64,000 bases of DNA from an uncultured Actinomycetes bacterium (GTDB lineage Bacteria; Actinomycetota; Actinomycetes; S36-B12; UBA10799): positions 1,256-65,255 of the forward strand of contig CAYYRC010000009.1 of NCBI GenBank assembly GCA_964474045.1. The letters run 5' to 3'. The notes under the pieces were generated by a model. The model was given only the letters and a program-made list of their open reading frames with translations, made no database searches and was not told the origin of the DNA. The stretch's first letter is position 1. Each line of letters starts with the position of its first letter. The position numbers were made by a program, and so were the translations under genes. This document shows, piece after piece, positions 35,555 to 45,534 of the stretch.

Positions 35555-37659
35555 CCGGCGTGGCTGGGCGCGGCATGCTCCCGGTGTGAGGGCCCCTTCG
35601 GATACACGGGCAGCGGGCCGGTTGCCGGCGGCTCCGGCTGCAGCCCCACACGGAGCAACTCCTCCAAGTCGTCCTCGGTGGTCGGCCCGTCCTCGCCGCG
35701 CCACTTGCCGAGCGTGGTGAGCACCTCCTGCCGGGCCTGGTCCCGCTCGTCGCCGGACTTCGCGTTGGCCGCCGCCCAGCGACGGTTGATCTCCCACGCC
35801 CGCTCGCGCAGTCGGAGCGCCCACTCGATGCGGTCGCGCTGGGGCTGGGTGCGCGGCAGGCGCCACACCTCGCTGATGATGTCGGGCAGGACGTCGCGGT
35901 AGTCGTGGCCGCCTTCGGCGAAGATCCCCGGGGTCGGGGTGAGGGCGTTCATCATGTCGATGAATGTGGCGAAGAACGTGGTCACGGGCGTCCAGCTGGT
36001 CCCGTGCGGGGAGCCCGGGGGCCGCTGTTCCTCCGGCCCGAGCCACGGCGGCCGTCGCCACACCACCTCGGCCCCGAACTTCGGGATCGGGTCGTCGCCG
36101 TTCTGCAGCGCCAGGTACCGCACGTTGGCCCGATCCTGAGCGGGCAGCGCCTTCCAGTCCTTGATGGCCCGCGGCAGGAAGAGCGCGCCGGGCCCCACCT
36201 CGGGCGGCTCGGCAACGGTCCGCTCCCCCCAGACCTCGCGCCGCCACTCCGTGGCGTCCGGGGTGCCGATCCAGATCGCCGAGTCGAAGCCGGAACCCTC
36301 CAGCCCGAAGGTGTACGTGCCGCGGAACATCTCCTCGCTGACCTGCGAGCCCAGCGACTCCCCGAACAGCAGGAAGACGGGCCGGTCCTTCGGGTCGCGC
36401 TCCGCGAGCCGTTTGTTGAGGCCGTCCAGCACCATCCTCGTCTGGTCGGTGCCGGTGCCCACCTTGGTCAGCGACAGCGACGACGGCAGCACCGAGTACT
36501 GGATGGCGGCGCTGGCGCAGTCGCCACCGGTCAGGTACTCCAGAGTCTCGTCTGCGACGTAGTTGACGTAGCCGGAACCGGTCGGCGAGAAGAGCGCGAA
36601 GACCCTCCGGTCAAGGGCGTTGGTGCGGTCGACCTCGTCCAGCAGAGCCTGCGCCCGCTCGTGGGGGGTGGCCGATCCGCCCAACGACGCATACACGCGG
36701 ATGGGCTGCTTGGCATCCGTCGTGCCCATCACGGCGTCGATACCCGCCGGGGTGAGCGCCATGCTGAGCCAACGCCGGCCCTCGCGGCTCAGCGTGTCCC
36801 AGGCGACCCCGGACGCGGGGCTGCCCGTCACCTCGGGCGTGGCAGGCGGCGTGGCGTGCGCGGGCTCCATACCCTCGCCCCCTCGGGTGAGCTTGGCCGC
36901 GACCGTCGTCACGGCCAGCCATCCCAGGCCGTAGGTGGCCGCAGTGGCGCCGACACGTCCCAGAGTGCGGTGCTCAGCCGGGGATCCGCCCAGCACGAAG
37001 CTCGCGCTGTGCGCGAAGCCCCTGCTCAGCGCCGCCTCGCCGCGGGCCAGCCCGAACGACAGCAGCGTCACGACGACCCCGATGGCACCGGCCGTCATCG
37101 GCGAGACCTCGCGCACGTCGTCCTCGAAGAACTTGCCGGGCGCCACGAGCGAGCCCGGCGCCTGCTTCCAGGGACGGGTGTAGAGCCAGGATCCCGCCCC
37201 CGCAACAGCTGAGGCGCCGAGCATGGGAAGCCCCATGCCCCGCCCCTTGAGGAGCATCCCCAGCCCGATCGACGCCAATCCCGCACTCCCCGCCGCCGCC
37301 ACGCTGCCGGCCGCGAGACGGCCGATCGGACGGCGGGCAGGCTCGTGCTCGCGCCATCGCAGAGCCGCGGCCACACCCAGTCCGGCGGCCGCCGCGGTGG
37401 CATCCACGGCAGCCAGCGTGGCCACGTTGGTGCGCCCGCCGCCGAACCGGCGCGACACCGCGGCCAGCATCGAGTGGACCGAGATCCCCAGGCCGTAACC
37501 CGCAGCGGCGGAGACGCCGGTGATCACAGCCTGGTCAACCGTGTTCCGCGTGAGCAGGTTGGGCTGGTAGGACCGCCCCGATGCCACCGCGGAGAGCAGC
37601 AGCGCAGCACGTCCCGAGTGATCCAGAGCGTTGAGGTCGCGTTCGTCGAAGAAACCCAT
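35551..37659 (-). CDS. membrane-anchored alpha/beta hydrolase (Abhydrolase_9-like)
   Basis: 702 aa from MGFFDERDL. An N-terminal polytopic membrane domain is followed by a hydrolase domain with the nucleophile elbow GESLGS. Confidence 0.75.
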   Translation of the reverse strand: MGFFDERDLNALDHSGRAALLLSAVASGRSYQPNLLTRNTVDQAVITGVSAAAGYGLGISVHSMLAAVSRRFGGGRTNVATLAAVDATAAAAGLGVAAALRWREHEPARRPIGRLAAGSVAAAGSAGLASIGLGMLLKGRGMGLPMLGASAVAGAGSWLYTRPWKQAPGSLVAPGKFFEDDVREVSPMTAGAIGVVVTLLSFGLARGEAALSRGFAHSASFVLGGSPAEHRTLGRVGATAATYGLGWLAVTTVAAKLTRGGEGMEPAHATPPATPEVTGSPASGVAWDTLSREGRRWLSMALTPAGIDAVMGTTDAKQPIRVYASLGGSATPHERAQALLDEVDRTNALDRRVFALFSPTGSGYVNYVADETLEYLTGGDCASAAIQYSVLPSSLSLTKVGTGTDQTRMVLDGLNKRLAERDPKDRPVFLLFGESLGSQVSEEMFRGTYTFGLEGSGFDSAIWIGTPDATEWRREVWGERTVAEPPEVGPGALFLPRAIKDWKALPAQDRANVRYLALQNGDDPIPKFGAEVVWRRPPWLGPEEQRPPGSPHGTSWTPVTTFFATFIDMMNALTPTPGIFAEGGHDYRDVLPDIISEVWRLPRTQPQRDRIEWALRLRERAWEINRRWAAANAKSGDERDQARQEVLTTLGKWRGEDGPTTEDDLEELLRVGLQPEPPATGPLPVYPKGPSHREHAAPSHAG

Positions 37660-37690
37660 GCGTGAATCCTGCCACGAGCCTGCGACGCAT

Positions 37691-37711
37691 TGCGGTCTGC
37701 GGCGGACCGCA
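37691..37711 (-). terminator. short hairpin downstream of the DUF3046 gene
   Basis: TGCGGTC / GACCGCA 7-bp stem with a 7-nt loop and no U tract. Confidence 0.25.
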
Positions 37712-37738
37712 CCCGCCGAGCGTCGCCGACCTAGGCCG

Positions 37739-37927
37739 TCATCGCTCCCGCGGCGGCAAGCCCAACTCCGCCCAGACCGCCCGCCACACGGTCTTGGCCC
37801 CGGTCCCGTTCGCCAGTGCCTCGCTGGCGGTGCGCCCGCCCAGCTCGGCCAGCACGTGGTTGTCCGCCCAGTACTGGGCATAACCAGGGCCCAGGGCGCC
37901 CTCCATCCGGTGCCAGAACTCCGTCAT
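37739..37927 (-). CDS. DUF3046-domain protein
   Basis: 62 aa: MTEFWHRMEGALGPGYAQYWADNHVLAELGGRTASEALANG...VWRAVW. This is the small conserved actinobacterial protein usually found next to recA. Confidence 0.75.
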   Translation of the reverse strand: MTEFWHRMEGALGPGYAQYWADNHVLAELGGRTASEALANGTGAKTVWRAVWAELGLPPRER

Positions 37928-37972
37928 CCGCACGTGGGCAATTAGATCACCGCCACGGCGAGGTGCGCGGGG

Positions 37973-37994
37973 TGTCGGACCCAGCGGGCAGGAT
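37973..37994 (+). promoter_or_regulatory. RecA-NDp / PafBC-type promoter-like motif in front of lhr
   Basis: TGTCGGAC-N8-CAGGAT compared with the consensus tTGTCRgtg-N8-TAnnnT. The -10-like hexamer ends 6 nt before the lhr ATG at 38001, which implies a leaderless transcript. Confidence 0.35.
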
Positions 37995-38000
37995 GAGGCC

Positions 38001-41000
38001 ATGGACGCGTCCCGCTCGGCCGATACCCGCGCGGCTGACGGCGACGACGCACTCGCGGCCATGTCGCCGGCGGCAGGAGCATGGTTCGCGGGCGCATTCG
38101 AGGCCCCGACGCCGGCGCAGATCGGCGCCTGGAAGGCGATCCGTTCGGGCGACTCGGCGCTCGTCATCGCCCCCACGGGGTCGGGCAAGACGCTTGCAGC
38201 CTTCTTCAGCGCCCTCGACGAGCTCAGCACCCGCAACACCGCCCAAGGCCGACCGGCGCGGGAACAGCGGACCAGCGTGCTCTACATCTCCCCGCTGAAA
38301 GCCCTGGCCGTGGACGTACAGCGCAACCTGCGGGCGCCACTTGCGGGACTGCGCCAGGAGGCAGCGCGGCTGGGCGGCCAACCTCCCGACATCACCGTGG
38401 GGCTGCGAACCGGGGACACGCCGCCCGACGAGCGCCGGCGGCTGGCCCGCACCCCGCCGGACATCCTCATCACCACGCCGGAGTCACTCTTCCTGCTGCT
38501 CACCTCGGCCGCCCGGGAGTCCCTGCGCGGCGTGCGGACGGTCATCATCGACGAGATCCACGCTGTCGCCGGCACCAAGCGGGGGGCGCACCTCGCGGTC
38601 TCGCTCGAGCGGCTCGATGCCCTGCTGCCCGGGCCCGCAGCCCGGATCGGCCTCTCCGCCACGGTTCGCCCCGCGTCGGAGATGGCGCGATTCCTGGGCG
38701 GCGGCCGGCCGGTGCGGATCGTCGCCGAGCCGGCGCAGAAGGAGCTGGACATCTCCGTGATCGTCCCCGTCGAGGACCTGGGCGAGCTCGGGCCGACGCT
38801 GGCAGCGCCGGACGGGTCGGTCGCCGGTGCTGCCGCGGGGAGCGCCGGGTCCATCTGGCCGCATGTCGAGGAGCGGGTCGCCGACCTCATCGCCGAGCAC
38901 CACTCCACCCTGGTGTTCGTCAACTCCCGTCGGCTGGCCGAGCGCCTGACGAGCCGCCTGAACGAGATCGCCGCGGACCGCGCCGCGCCGGCGGCAGACG
39001 CCACCGCGCCCGTGATCGCCCGCGCCCACCACGGCTCGGTCAGCAAGGAGCAGCGCGCGCTTATCGAGGAGGACCTGAAGGCCGGGCGGCTGCCCGCCGT
39101 GGTGGCGACCAGCAGCCTGGAGCTAGGCATCGACATGGGCGAAGTTGACCTCGTGGTGCAGGTGGAGTCCCCACCCACGATCGCCGCCGGGCTGCAGCGA
39201 GTGGGACGCGCGGGGCACCATGTGGGCGCGGTGAGCCGCGGTCGGATCTTCCCCAAGTACCGCGCCGACCTGCTGCAGGCGGCCGTCGTGGCCAGCCACA
39301 TGCGCGAGCGCCGGATCGAGCACCTGCGCATCGGGGAGAATCCGCTGGACGTCCTCGCACAGCATGTCGTGGCCGCCGCCGCGATGGACGACTGGCAGGT
39401 CGACGACCTGGCAGCGCTGGTGCGCCGCGCGGCGCCGTTCCAGTCGTTGCCCGAGTCGTCGTGGTTGGCCGTGCTGGAGATGCTCGCCGGCGCCTACCCG
39501 TCCGACGTGTTCGCCGAGCTGCGGCCCAGGCTGGTGTGGGACCGCGACCGCGACGTGATCAGCGGTCGGCCGGGGGCCCAGCGGCTGGCGGTCACCAGCG
39601 GCGGGACCATCCCAGACCGCGGGCTCTTCGCCGTGTACCTAGCCGGCGGCGCAGGCGGCAGGCTGGGCGAGCTGGACGAGGAGATGGTCTACGAGTCGCG
39701 CGTCGGCGACGTGTTCGCGCTCGGGGCCGCCAGCTGGCGCATCGAGGACATCACCCACGACCGAGTGCTGGTGTCCCCCGCGCCGGGCGTCCCCGGACGC
39801 ATGCCGTTCTGGCACGGCGACGCCCTGGGTCGGGGTGCGGAGCTGGGCCGGGCCATGGGTGCGTTCGTGCGCGAGGTCAGCGCCCTGTCCCCGTCCGAGG
39901 CCGTGGAGAGGCTGCGCGGCGAGGGGCTCGACGAGCTCGCCGCCGCGAACCTGACCGCGTACCTGTCAGAGCAGCTCGCCGCCACCGGGGCGCTGCCAAC
40001 CGATCGCGCGCTGCTGCTGGAGCGCTTTCGCGACGAGCTCGGCGACTGGCAGGTGGTCCTGCACTCCCCTTTCGGCGCAGCCGTGCACGCGCCATGGGCC
40101 CTGGCCGCCGCGGCGGCGCTGCGCGAACAGCTGGGCGTGGACGTCGCGGCGTTCCACAGCGACGACGGCATCGTGCTGCGGATTCCGGACGGCGAGGACG
40201 ACGTGGTCTGGGACGACGTCCGCGCAGCCGTTCTCGTCGATCCCGGCGAGGTCGATCGCATCGTGACGGCTGAGGTGGGCGGCAGCGCCTTGTTCGCCGC
40301 CCGTTTCCGGGAATGCGCCGCGCGGTCGCTGCTGCTCCCGCGTCGGCAACCCGGCAAGCGCGCTCCGCTGTGGCAACAGCGTCGGCGCAGCGCCCAGCTG
40401 CTCGCCATCGCGGCCGAGTACCCGGGGTTCCCGGTGGTGCTGGAAGCCATGCGGGAATGCCTGCAGGACGTCTACGACCTGTCGGCCCTGCGCGAGCTGC
40501 TCACCGGTCTGGGCAACGGCTCCATCGCCCTGCGAGAGGTATCCACCGAGCAGCCAAGCCCGTTCGCGCGGTCGCTGCTGTTCGGATACGTCGAGGCCTT
40601 CATGTACGAGGGCGATTCCCCTCTGGCAGAACGACGCGCGCAGGCGCTGGCCCTTGATTCCTCGCTGCTGGCCGAGCTCCTGGGGACCGTCGAGCTGCGC
40701 GAGCTGCTGGACGCCGAGGCGATGGCTGCAGTCGCGGCGGAGGTCGGTTGGCGAACCGCCGAGCGTCCGCTGCGCGACGTCGAAGACCTTGCTGACGCAC
40801 TCCGGGTGCTGGGACCGTTGGCCGACGCCGACCTCGTACTGCGCGGGGCGGACCCAGGATGGGCACGGGCGCTGGTGGCGGCCAGGCGCGCCATCGAGGT
40901 CCGGATCGCCGGCGAGCAGCGCTTCGCGGCCGTGGAAGACGCCGGCCGGCTGCGCGACGCCCTGGGGACAGCCCTGCCCGTCGGCGTGCCCACCGCCTTC

Positions 41001-42596
41001 ACGGAACCAGTGTCCGATCCCCTCGGTGACCTGCTCGCACGGTACGCGCGAACGCATGGGCCGTTCACCGCCGACGAGGCGGCGGCCAACCTGGGGATCG
41101 GACGGGCCGTCGCGGAGGACACGCTGGAGCGGCTGAGCGGCACGGGCCGCGTCGTCACGGGCGAGTTCCGACCTGGGGGCGCCGGCCGCGAGTGGTGCGA
41201 TACCGAGGTGCTGCGCCGCGTCCGTCGTCGGAGCATCGCCGCCCTTCGCCGCGAGGCCGAGCCCGTGCCGCAGGCGCAGTACGCCTCGTTCCTGCCGAGG
41301 TGGCAGGGGGTGGGCGGCGATGCCCGCGGGGCCGACGGCCTCTTTGCCGCTATTGACCGCCTCGCCGGCTGCCCGGTCCCGCTGTCGGCCCTGGAGAGCC
41401 TCGTACTGCCCAGCCGCGTTCGCGACTACAGCCCTGCGCAGCTCGATTCCCTGACGTCGGCCGGGGACGTGATCTGGACGGGCGCGGGCGGGCTGCCCGG
41501 CGGCGATGGCTGGGTCGTCTTCGCACCCGCCGACGCTCCCGAGCTGCTGCCGGACGCACTTCCGCTGGCGGACTCCGTCTCGCACCCTGACCTAGCCGCC
41601 GCCGTGCTGGGCGCCGTGGACGTCGGCGGCGGCTGGTTCCACGGCCAGATCCTGGCGAACCTGAGTGCGGCGCAGCCCGAGGGTTTCACCGCTGACGCTC
41701 TGGCCGACACGCTGCTCGAGCTGCTCTGGGCGGGATGGATCAGCAACGACACTCTGGAACCCGTCCGGCGCCGCCTCGGCCGACGCCCGGCGCGCCGGAC
41801 CGGCGGCCCGCCGCAACTGACCTCGCCGCTGACCTCGCCGCCGGCCGCAGGCACGCGGAGCCGCCGTCCCGGGGCGGTCCGGCGCGGCCGGGTGCGGCCG
41901 GATTCCCGCACCGCAGCGAGGGCAAGCCTGCTGCCGGGGCGTTGGTCCGCGGTACCGCGGGGCAGCCTCGATCCGACCGTCCGCGCGGCGGCAGGGGCCG
42001 AATGGCTGCTCGCCAGGCACGCGGTACTCACCCGGGGGGCCCTGTCCATGGAGCGCTACCCAGGGGGCTTCACGACGGCTTACAAGGTTCTCAGTCAGAT
42101 GGAGGAGTCCACCGGAGGCTGCATCCGCGGCTACGCCATCGAGGGGCTGGGCGGCGCCCAGTTCACCACGGCGACGGCCGTCGACCGGCTTCGCGCCCAC
42201 CAGCCTGGGGAGTCCGCGGGAGCTGGCACGGGCCTGCTGCTGGCTGCGGCCGACCCGGGGCAGCCCTACGGCGCGGCGCTCCCCTGGCCTGCGCGCGCGG
42301 CGGCCGAGGCGAGCGGTCACCGCCCGGCGCGGAAGGCGGGGGCGTCGGTGGTGCTGGTGTCCGGACGTCCGGTCGCCTACCTGGAGCGCGGCGGCCGCTC
42401 GCTGCTGACGTGGACGGACGACCCGGCTGAGCTGGCAAGCGCCGCGGGGGCCTTCGCCGAGGCCGTGCGCGCGCGCCGCCTTGGCGCGGTGTCCATCCAG
42501 CGTGTCGACGGAGCGGGCATCGCGGACTCGGCGGCCGGTGCCGCACTCCTGCAGGCCGGGTTCGTCTGGACGCCCCGCGGCATGCGGCTCCGTTGA
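38001..42596 (+). CDS. lhr: ATP-dependent DNA helicase Lhr (full-length, with C-terminal extension)
   Basis: 1531 aa with APTGSGKTLAAF (motif I), IIDEIHA (DExH), ATSSLELGID and QRVGRAGH. Lhr-core winged-helix and domain-4 regions are followed by a ~650-aa C-terminal extension. Confidence 0.95.
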   Translation: MDASRSADTRAADGDDALAAMSPAAGAWFAGAFEAPTPAQIGAWKAIRSGDSALVIAPTGSGKTLAAFFSALDELSTRNTAQGRPAREQRTSVLYISPLKALAVDVQRNLRAPLAGLRQEAARLGGQPPDITVGLRTGDTPPDERRRLARTPPDILITTPESLFLLLTSAARESLRGVRTVIIDEIHAVAGTKRGAHLAVSLERLDALLPGPAARIGLSATVRPASEMARFLGGGRPVRIVAEPAQKELDISVIVPVEDLGELGPTLAAPDGSVAGAAAGSAGSIWPHVEERVADLIAEHHSTLVFVNSRRLAERLTSRLNEIAADRAAPAADATAPVIARAHHGSVSKEQRALIEEDLKAGRLPAVVATSSLELGIDMGEVDLVVQVESPPTIAAGLQRVGRAGHHVGAVSRGRIFPKYRADLLQAAVVASHMRERRIEHLRIGENPLDVLAQHVVAAAAMDDWQVDDLAALVRRAAPFQSLPESSWLAVLEMLAGAYPSDVFAELRPRLVWDRDRDVISGRPGAQRLAVTSGGTIPDRGLFAVYLAGGAGGRLGELDEEMVYESRVGDVFALGAASWRIEDITHDRVLVSPAPGVPGRMPFWHGDALGRGAELGRAMGAFVREVSALSPSEAVERLRGEGLDELAAANLTAYLSEQLAATGALPTDRALLLERFRDELGDWQVVLHSPFGAAVHAPWALAAAAALREQLGVDVAAFHSDDGIVLRIPDGEDDVVWDDVRAAVLVDPGEVDRIVTAEVGGSALFAARFRECAARSLLLPRRQPGKRAPLWQQRRRSAQLLAIAAEYPGFPVVLEAMRECLQDVYDLSALRELLTGLGNGSIALREVSTEQPSPFARSLLFGYVEAFMYEGDSPLAERRAQALALDSSLLAELLGTVELRELLDAEAMAAVAAEVGWRTAERPLRDVEDLADALRVLGPLADADLVLRGADPGWARALVAARRAIEVRIAGEQRFAAVEDAGRLRDALGTALPVGVPTAFTEPVSDPLGDLLARYARTHGPFTADEAAANLGIGRAVAEDTLERLSGTGRVVTGEFRPGGAGREWCDTEVLRRVRRRSIAALRREAEPVPQAQYASFLPRWQGVGGDARGADGLFAAIDRLAGCPVPLSALESLVLPSRVRDYSPAQLDSLTSAGDVIWTGAGGLPGGDGWVVFAPADAPELLPDALPLADSVSHPDLAAAVLGAVDVGGGWFHGQILANLSAAQPEGFTADALADTLLELLWAGWISNDTLEPVRRRLGRRPARRTGGPPQLTSPLTSPPAAGTRSRRPGAVRRGRVRPDSRTAARASLLPGRWSAVPRGSLDPTVRAAAGAEWLLARHAVLTRGALSMERYPGGFTTAYKVLSQMEESTGGCIRGYAIEGLGGAQFTTATAVDRLRAHQPGESAGAGTGLLLAAADPGQPYGAALPWPARAAAEASGHRPARKAGASVVLVSGRPVAYLERGGRSLLTWTDDPAELASAAGAFAEAVRARRLGAVSIQRVDGAGIADSAAGAALLQAGFVWTPRGMRLR

Positions 42597-42706
42597 GCGC
42601 CTTCAGATTGGCGCGGCAGATCTCGGGAATACCCCGCCCCCCGGTGAAGGTTGAAAGGTGCGGACGGCTGGTGCTGTCGTATCCTTAACGCGCGAGGAGG
42701 TGTTCC

Positions 42707-42967
42707 GTGGTTGTTCTGCGCACGATGATCGGCGACGAGCTCCGATCCCGACGACTGGACCAGGGCCGGACCCTGCGCGACGTCAGCGGAGCGGCGCGTG
42801 TCTCGCTGGGCTACCTCAGCGAGGTTGAGCGCGGCCAGAAAGAGGCCTCGAGCGAGCTTCTCGCCGCTATCTGCGGCGCCCTCGAGGTACCGCTGTCCGA
42901 TGTTCTTCGGTCGGTGAGCGACAAGGTCGCCCGGGTCGAGTTCCCGGCCACCCCCCGCCTGGCCTGA
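42707..42967 (+). CDS. clgR: XRE-type HTH transcriptional regulator ClgR
   Basis: 86 aa, with [48 protein letters not shown]. It sits in the conserved position next to cinA-pgsA. GTG start with GAGGAG 8 nt upstream. Confidence 0.8.
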   Translation: MVVLRTMIGDELRSRRLDQGRTLRDVSGAARVSLGYLSEVERGQKEASSELLAAICGALEVPLSDVLRSVSDKVARVEFPATPRLA

Positions 42968-43013
42968 CTCCCATCCCGGCCTAGCCTGACTCGCATCCCA
43001 GTCTGCTGCGCGA

Positions 43014-43523
43014 TCAGTGCGAGCCGCCGGGGGCCAGCGATGCCAGCGCCAGCCCCAAGGCCTCGTCCACCGCGGCGGCGCGGACGGCGGCTCTGCCACC
43101 TTTCAGCTGAAGCGATCGGACGTAGGCCGTGCGAACACCCTGCACACTCATGTCGATCCCAATGAACACTGTGCCTGGGAGTGCCATGCCCTGGGCGTCC
43201 GGACCCGCCGCACCCGTGGTGCTGATGCCCACATCCGCCCCGAGCCGCTCCCGCACACCGCGAGCCATCTGCGCCGCCACCTCGGCGTCCACCGGACCGC
43301 GCTCGGCGAGCAGCGCCGCATCCACGCCCAGCAGCTTCGCCTTCACGTCGGTGGCATAGGCGACTATGCCGCCACGGAAGACATTGGAGGCCCCCGGCAC
43401 GGCCACCACGGCGGCCGCGACCAGCCCGCCCGTAAGCGACTCCGCCGTCGCCAGCCAGAGCCCGCGTCGCCCCAGCTCGTCCACCAGGTCGGATGCTCCG
43501 GCCCGCTCCGCCGAACTCGTCAC
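43014..43523 (-). CDS. CinA-family protein (nicotinamide-nucleotide amidohydrolase PncC-like domain)
   Basis: LATAESLTGGLVAAAVVAVPGASNVFRGGIVAYATDVK is the CinA C-terminal domain signature. Confidence 0.85.
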   Translation of the reverse strand: MTSSAERAGASDLVDELGRRGLWLATAESLTGGLVAAAVVAVPGASNVFRGGIVAYATDVKAKLLGVDAALLAERGPVDAEVAAQMARGVRERLGADVGISTTGAAGPDAQGMALPGTVFIGIDMSVQGVRTAYVRSLQLKGGRAAVRAAAVDEALGLALASLAPGGSH

Positions 43524-44140
43524 CCGACGCCCCGGACCGTCTTCCCCTGCCGCAGCCGAACCGCCCGCACCGCATAGTCGATACCGGTTACCACAGTGAG
43601 AACCACCGCGATTCCCATTACGACCTCGGCCACGACTTCGGCCGCTCCGGACAGCGGCAGCAGGTAGAGCACGATTGCCAGAATCTGGGCGGCCGTCTTC
43701 GCCTTGCCGCCGCGGCTAGCCGCGATCACGCCAGAGTTGATCACCCAGAACCGCAACAGAGTAACGGCGATCTCGCGCACCAGGATGACGACCGTGACCC
43801 ACCACGGCAACTCGCCGATGACGGACAGTCCGATGAGGGCTGTGCCGGTCAGCAGCTTGTCGGCGATGGGGTCGGCGATCTTCCCGAACGTCGTGACGAT
43901 GTGACGTTTCCGGGCGTAGTAGCCGTCCAGCCAATCCGTGATCGAGGCGACGATGAAGATCACCGTCGCCAGCAGGCGGCCGGTGGTGTCGGCGCCGCCG
44001 TCTGACATCAGGGCGATGCCGAACGGGACCACGAGCACCAGTCGGAAGGCGGTCAGGGCGTTGGGGAGGTTGACCAGTCCCGAGTTGCTCGTGGGAAAGG
44101 CGAGCGCATCCGCCCGCGGCGGCTTGGCCTGCGGGCTCAC
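43520..44140 (-). CDS. pgsA: CDP-diacylglycerol--glycerol-3-phosphate 3-phosphatidyltransferase
   Basis: The CDP-alcohol phosphatidyltransferase motif is [27 protein letters not shown]. The protein is multi-TM, with a 4-nt overlap with cinA. Confidence 0.9.
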   Translation of the reverse strand: MSPQAKPPRADALAFPTSNSGLVNLPNALTAFRLVLVVPFGIALMSDGGADTTGRLLATVIFIVASITDWLDGYYARKRHIVTTFGKIADPIADKLLTGTALIGLSVIGELPWWVTVVILVREIAVTLLRFWVINSGVIAASRGGKAKTAAQILAIVLYLLPLSGAAEVVAEVVMGIAVVLTVVTGIDYAVRAVRLRQGKTVRGVG

Positions 44141-45534
44141 CGGGCGACCTCCGCGATCAGGTCGGCCCCCTCGCTGTCGATGAAGCGCACATCGAGCACA
44201 TCACCCACCGACACATCAATGGCAGTCGTCGGGCGCAGCGTCGTGGTGGCGTCCTCGGGTCCCTGGTGGGCGCACCGGCCCTCAGCTCCGGACCCGTCGG
44301 CGGCGACCGACTCCACCAGCATCCTCCCCAAGTGGCCGATGCGGGCCTCGGCCGCATCAGCCATGACCGCATCGGCCAGGCTCGCGATGCTGTCAACCCG
44401 CGCAGCCACCTCTGCCGGGTCGAGGTGCCCCGGCAGCGACGCCGCCTCGGTTCCGTCCTCGTCGGAGTAGCCGAACACGCCGATGGCATCCAGGCGGGAG
44501 GCCGACAGGAACTCGGCGAGCTCGGCCAACTCCTGCTCGGTCTCGCCAGGGAAGCCGATGATGAAGTTCGATCGCAGGCCGGCCTGGGGCGCCTCAGCTC
44601 GGATCCGATCGATCAGATCCAGGAACGCAGCCCCGTCGCCGTAGCGGCGCATGCGCCGCAGCACCGCGCGCGAGGCGTGCTGGAAGCTGAGGTCGAAGTA
44701 CGGGGCGACACCAGGCGTGCGGGCAACCGCGGAGATCAGCCCCGGGCGCATCTCGGCGGGTTGCAGGTACGACACCCGGACCCACTCCAGGCCCGGCACG
44801 GCCCCGAGCTCCGGCAGCAACCCCTCCAGCAGCCGCAGATCCCCCAGGTCCTTGCCGTAGGAGGTGCTGTTCTCGCTGACGAGCACAACCTCCCGGACGC
44901 CGTCGGCCGCCATGGCGCGCACATCGGCAAGCACGTCCGCCGGGCGTCGCGACACGAAGGCACCGCGAAAGGAGGGGATGGCGCAGAAGGTGCAGCGGCG
45001 GTCGCAGCCCGAGGCGAGCTTCACCGGCGCGCTGGGTCCGGTGCCGAGCAGGCGGTGCCCGCCGAGCACCTCGTGACCAGGCGCGGCGGGCCCTGATCCG
45101 GATCGCTCGATCGGGCTGATCGGCAGCAGGCGGCGACGGTCGGAGGGCAACCTCGGCTCGGGCGGCCGACCGGCCAGGATGTCCTGCAGGCGCTCAGAGA
45201 TGGCCGGGTAGTCGTCGAAGCCGAGGACTGTGGCTTCTGGCAGCTCGGCGGCCAACTGCGCACCGTAACGCTCGGCCATGCAGCCGACTGCCACGACGGC
45301 TGGGCCGTCGCCGTCGGCATCATCGGCAGCGGCCAGGATCGTCTGCACGCTCTCCGCCTTGGCCTGCTCGATGAACCCGCAGGTGTTCACGAGGACGACG
45401 TCGGCGTCCTCGTCGTCGGCAACCAGGCGCCAGCCGTCGGCGGCCAGGCGCCCGGCGAGCGCCTCGGAGTCGACGTCGTTGCGGGCGCAGCCGAGGGTGA
45501 GCAGGGACACCCGACGCGGCGTCGGCTCGGTCAC
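44137..45534 (-). CDS. rimO: ribosomal protein S12 methylthiotransferase RimO (radical SAM)
   Basis: N-terminus [13 protein letters not shown], the radical-SAM cluster [11 protein letters not shown], and a C-terminal TRAM-like domain. There is a 4-nt overlap with pgsA. Confidence 0.85.
   Translation of the reverse strand: MTEPTPRRVSLLTLGCARNDVDSEALAGRLAADGWRLVADDEDADVVLVNTCGFIEQAKAESVQTILAAADDADGDGPAVVAVGCMAERYGAQLAAELPEATVLGFDDYPAISERLQDILAGRPPEPRLPSDRRRLLPISPIERSGSGPAAPGHEVLGGHRLLGTGPSAPVKLASGCDRRCTFCAIPSFRGAFVSRRPADVLADVRAMAADGVREVVLVSENSTSYGKDLGDLRLLEGLLPELGAVPGLEWVRVSYLQPAEMRPGLISAVARTPGVAPYFDLSFQHASRAVLRRMRRYGDGAAFLDLIDRIRAEAPQAGLRSNFIIGFPGETEQELAELAEFLSASRLDAIGVFGYSDEDGTEAASLPGHLDPAEVAARVDSIASLADAVMADAAEARIGHLGRMLVESVAADGSGAEGRCAHQGPEDATTTLRPTTAIDVSVGDVLDVRFIDSEGADLIAEVAR

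Noticed and set aside
37928-38000. LexA SOS box (TCGAAC-N4-GTTCGA type) between DUF3046 and lhr
   Set aside because: No such palindrome, nor a close variant, is present in the gap. The minus-strand GTGGCGGTG resembles the PafBC half-site but lacks a TAnnnT hexamer at the correct spacing.
42597-42706. ClgR auto-operator or strong terminator in the lhr-clgR gap (GCGCC-N8-GGCGC)
   Set aside because: The spacing between the CGC/GCG halves does not fit the CGC-N5-GCG-type ClgR operator. The 5-bp stem without a T run is too weak to call a terminator.
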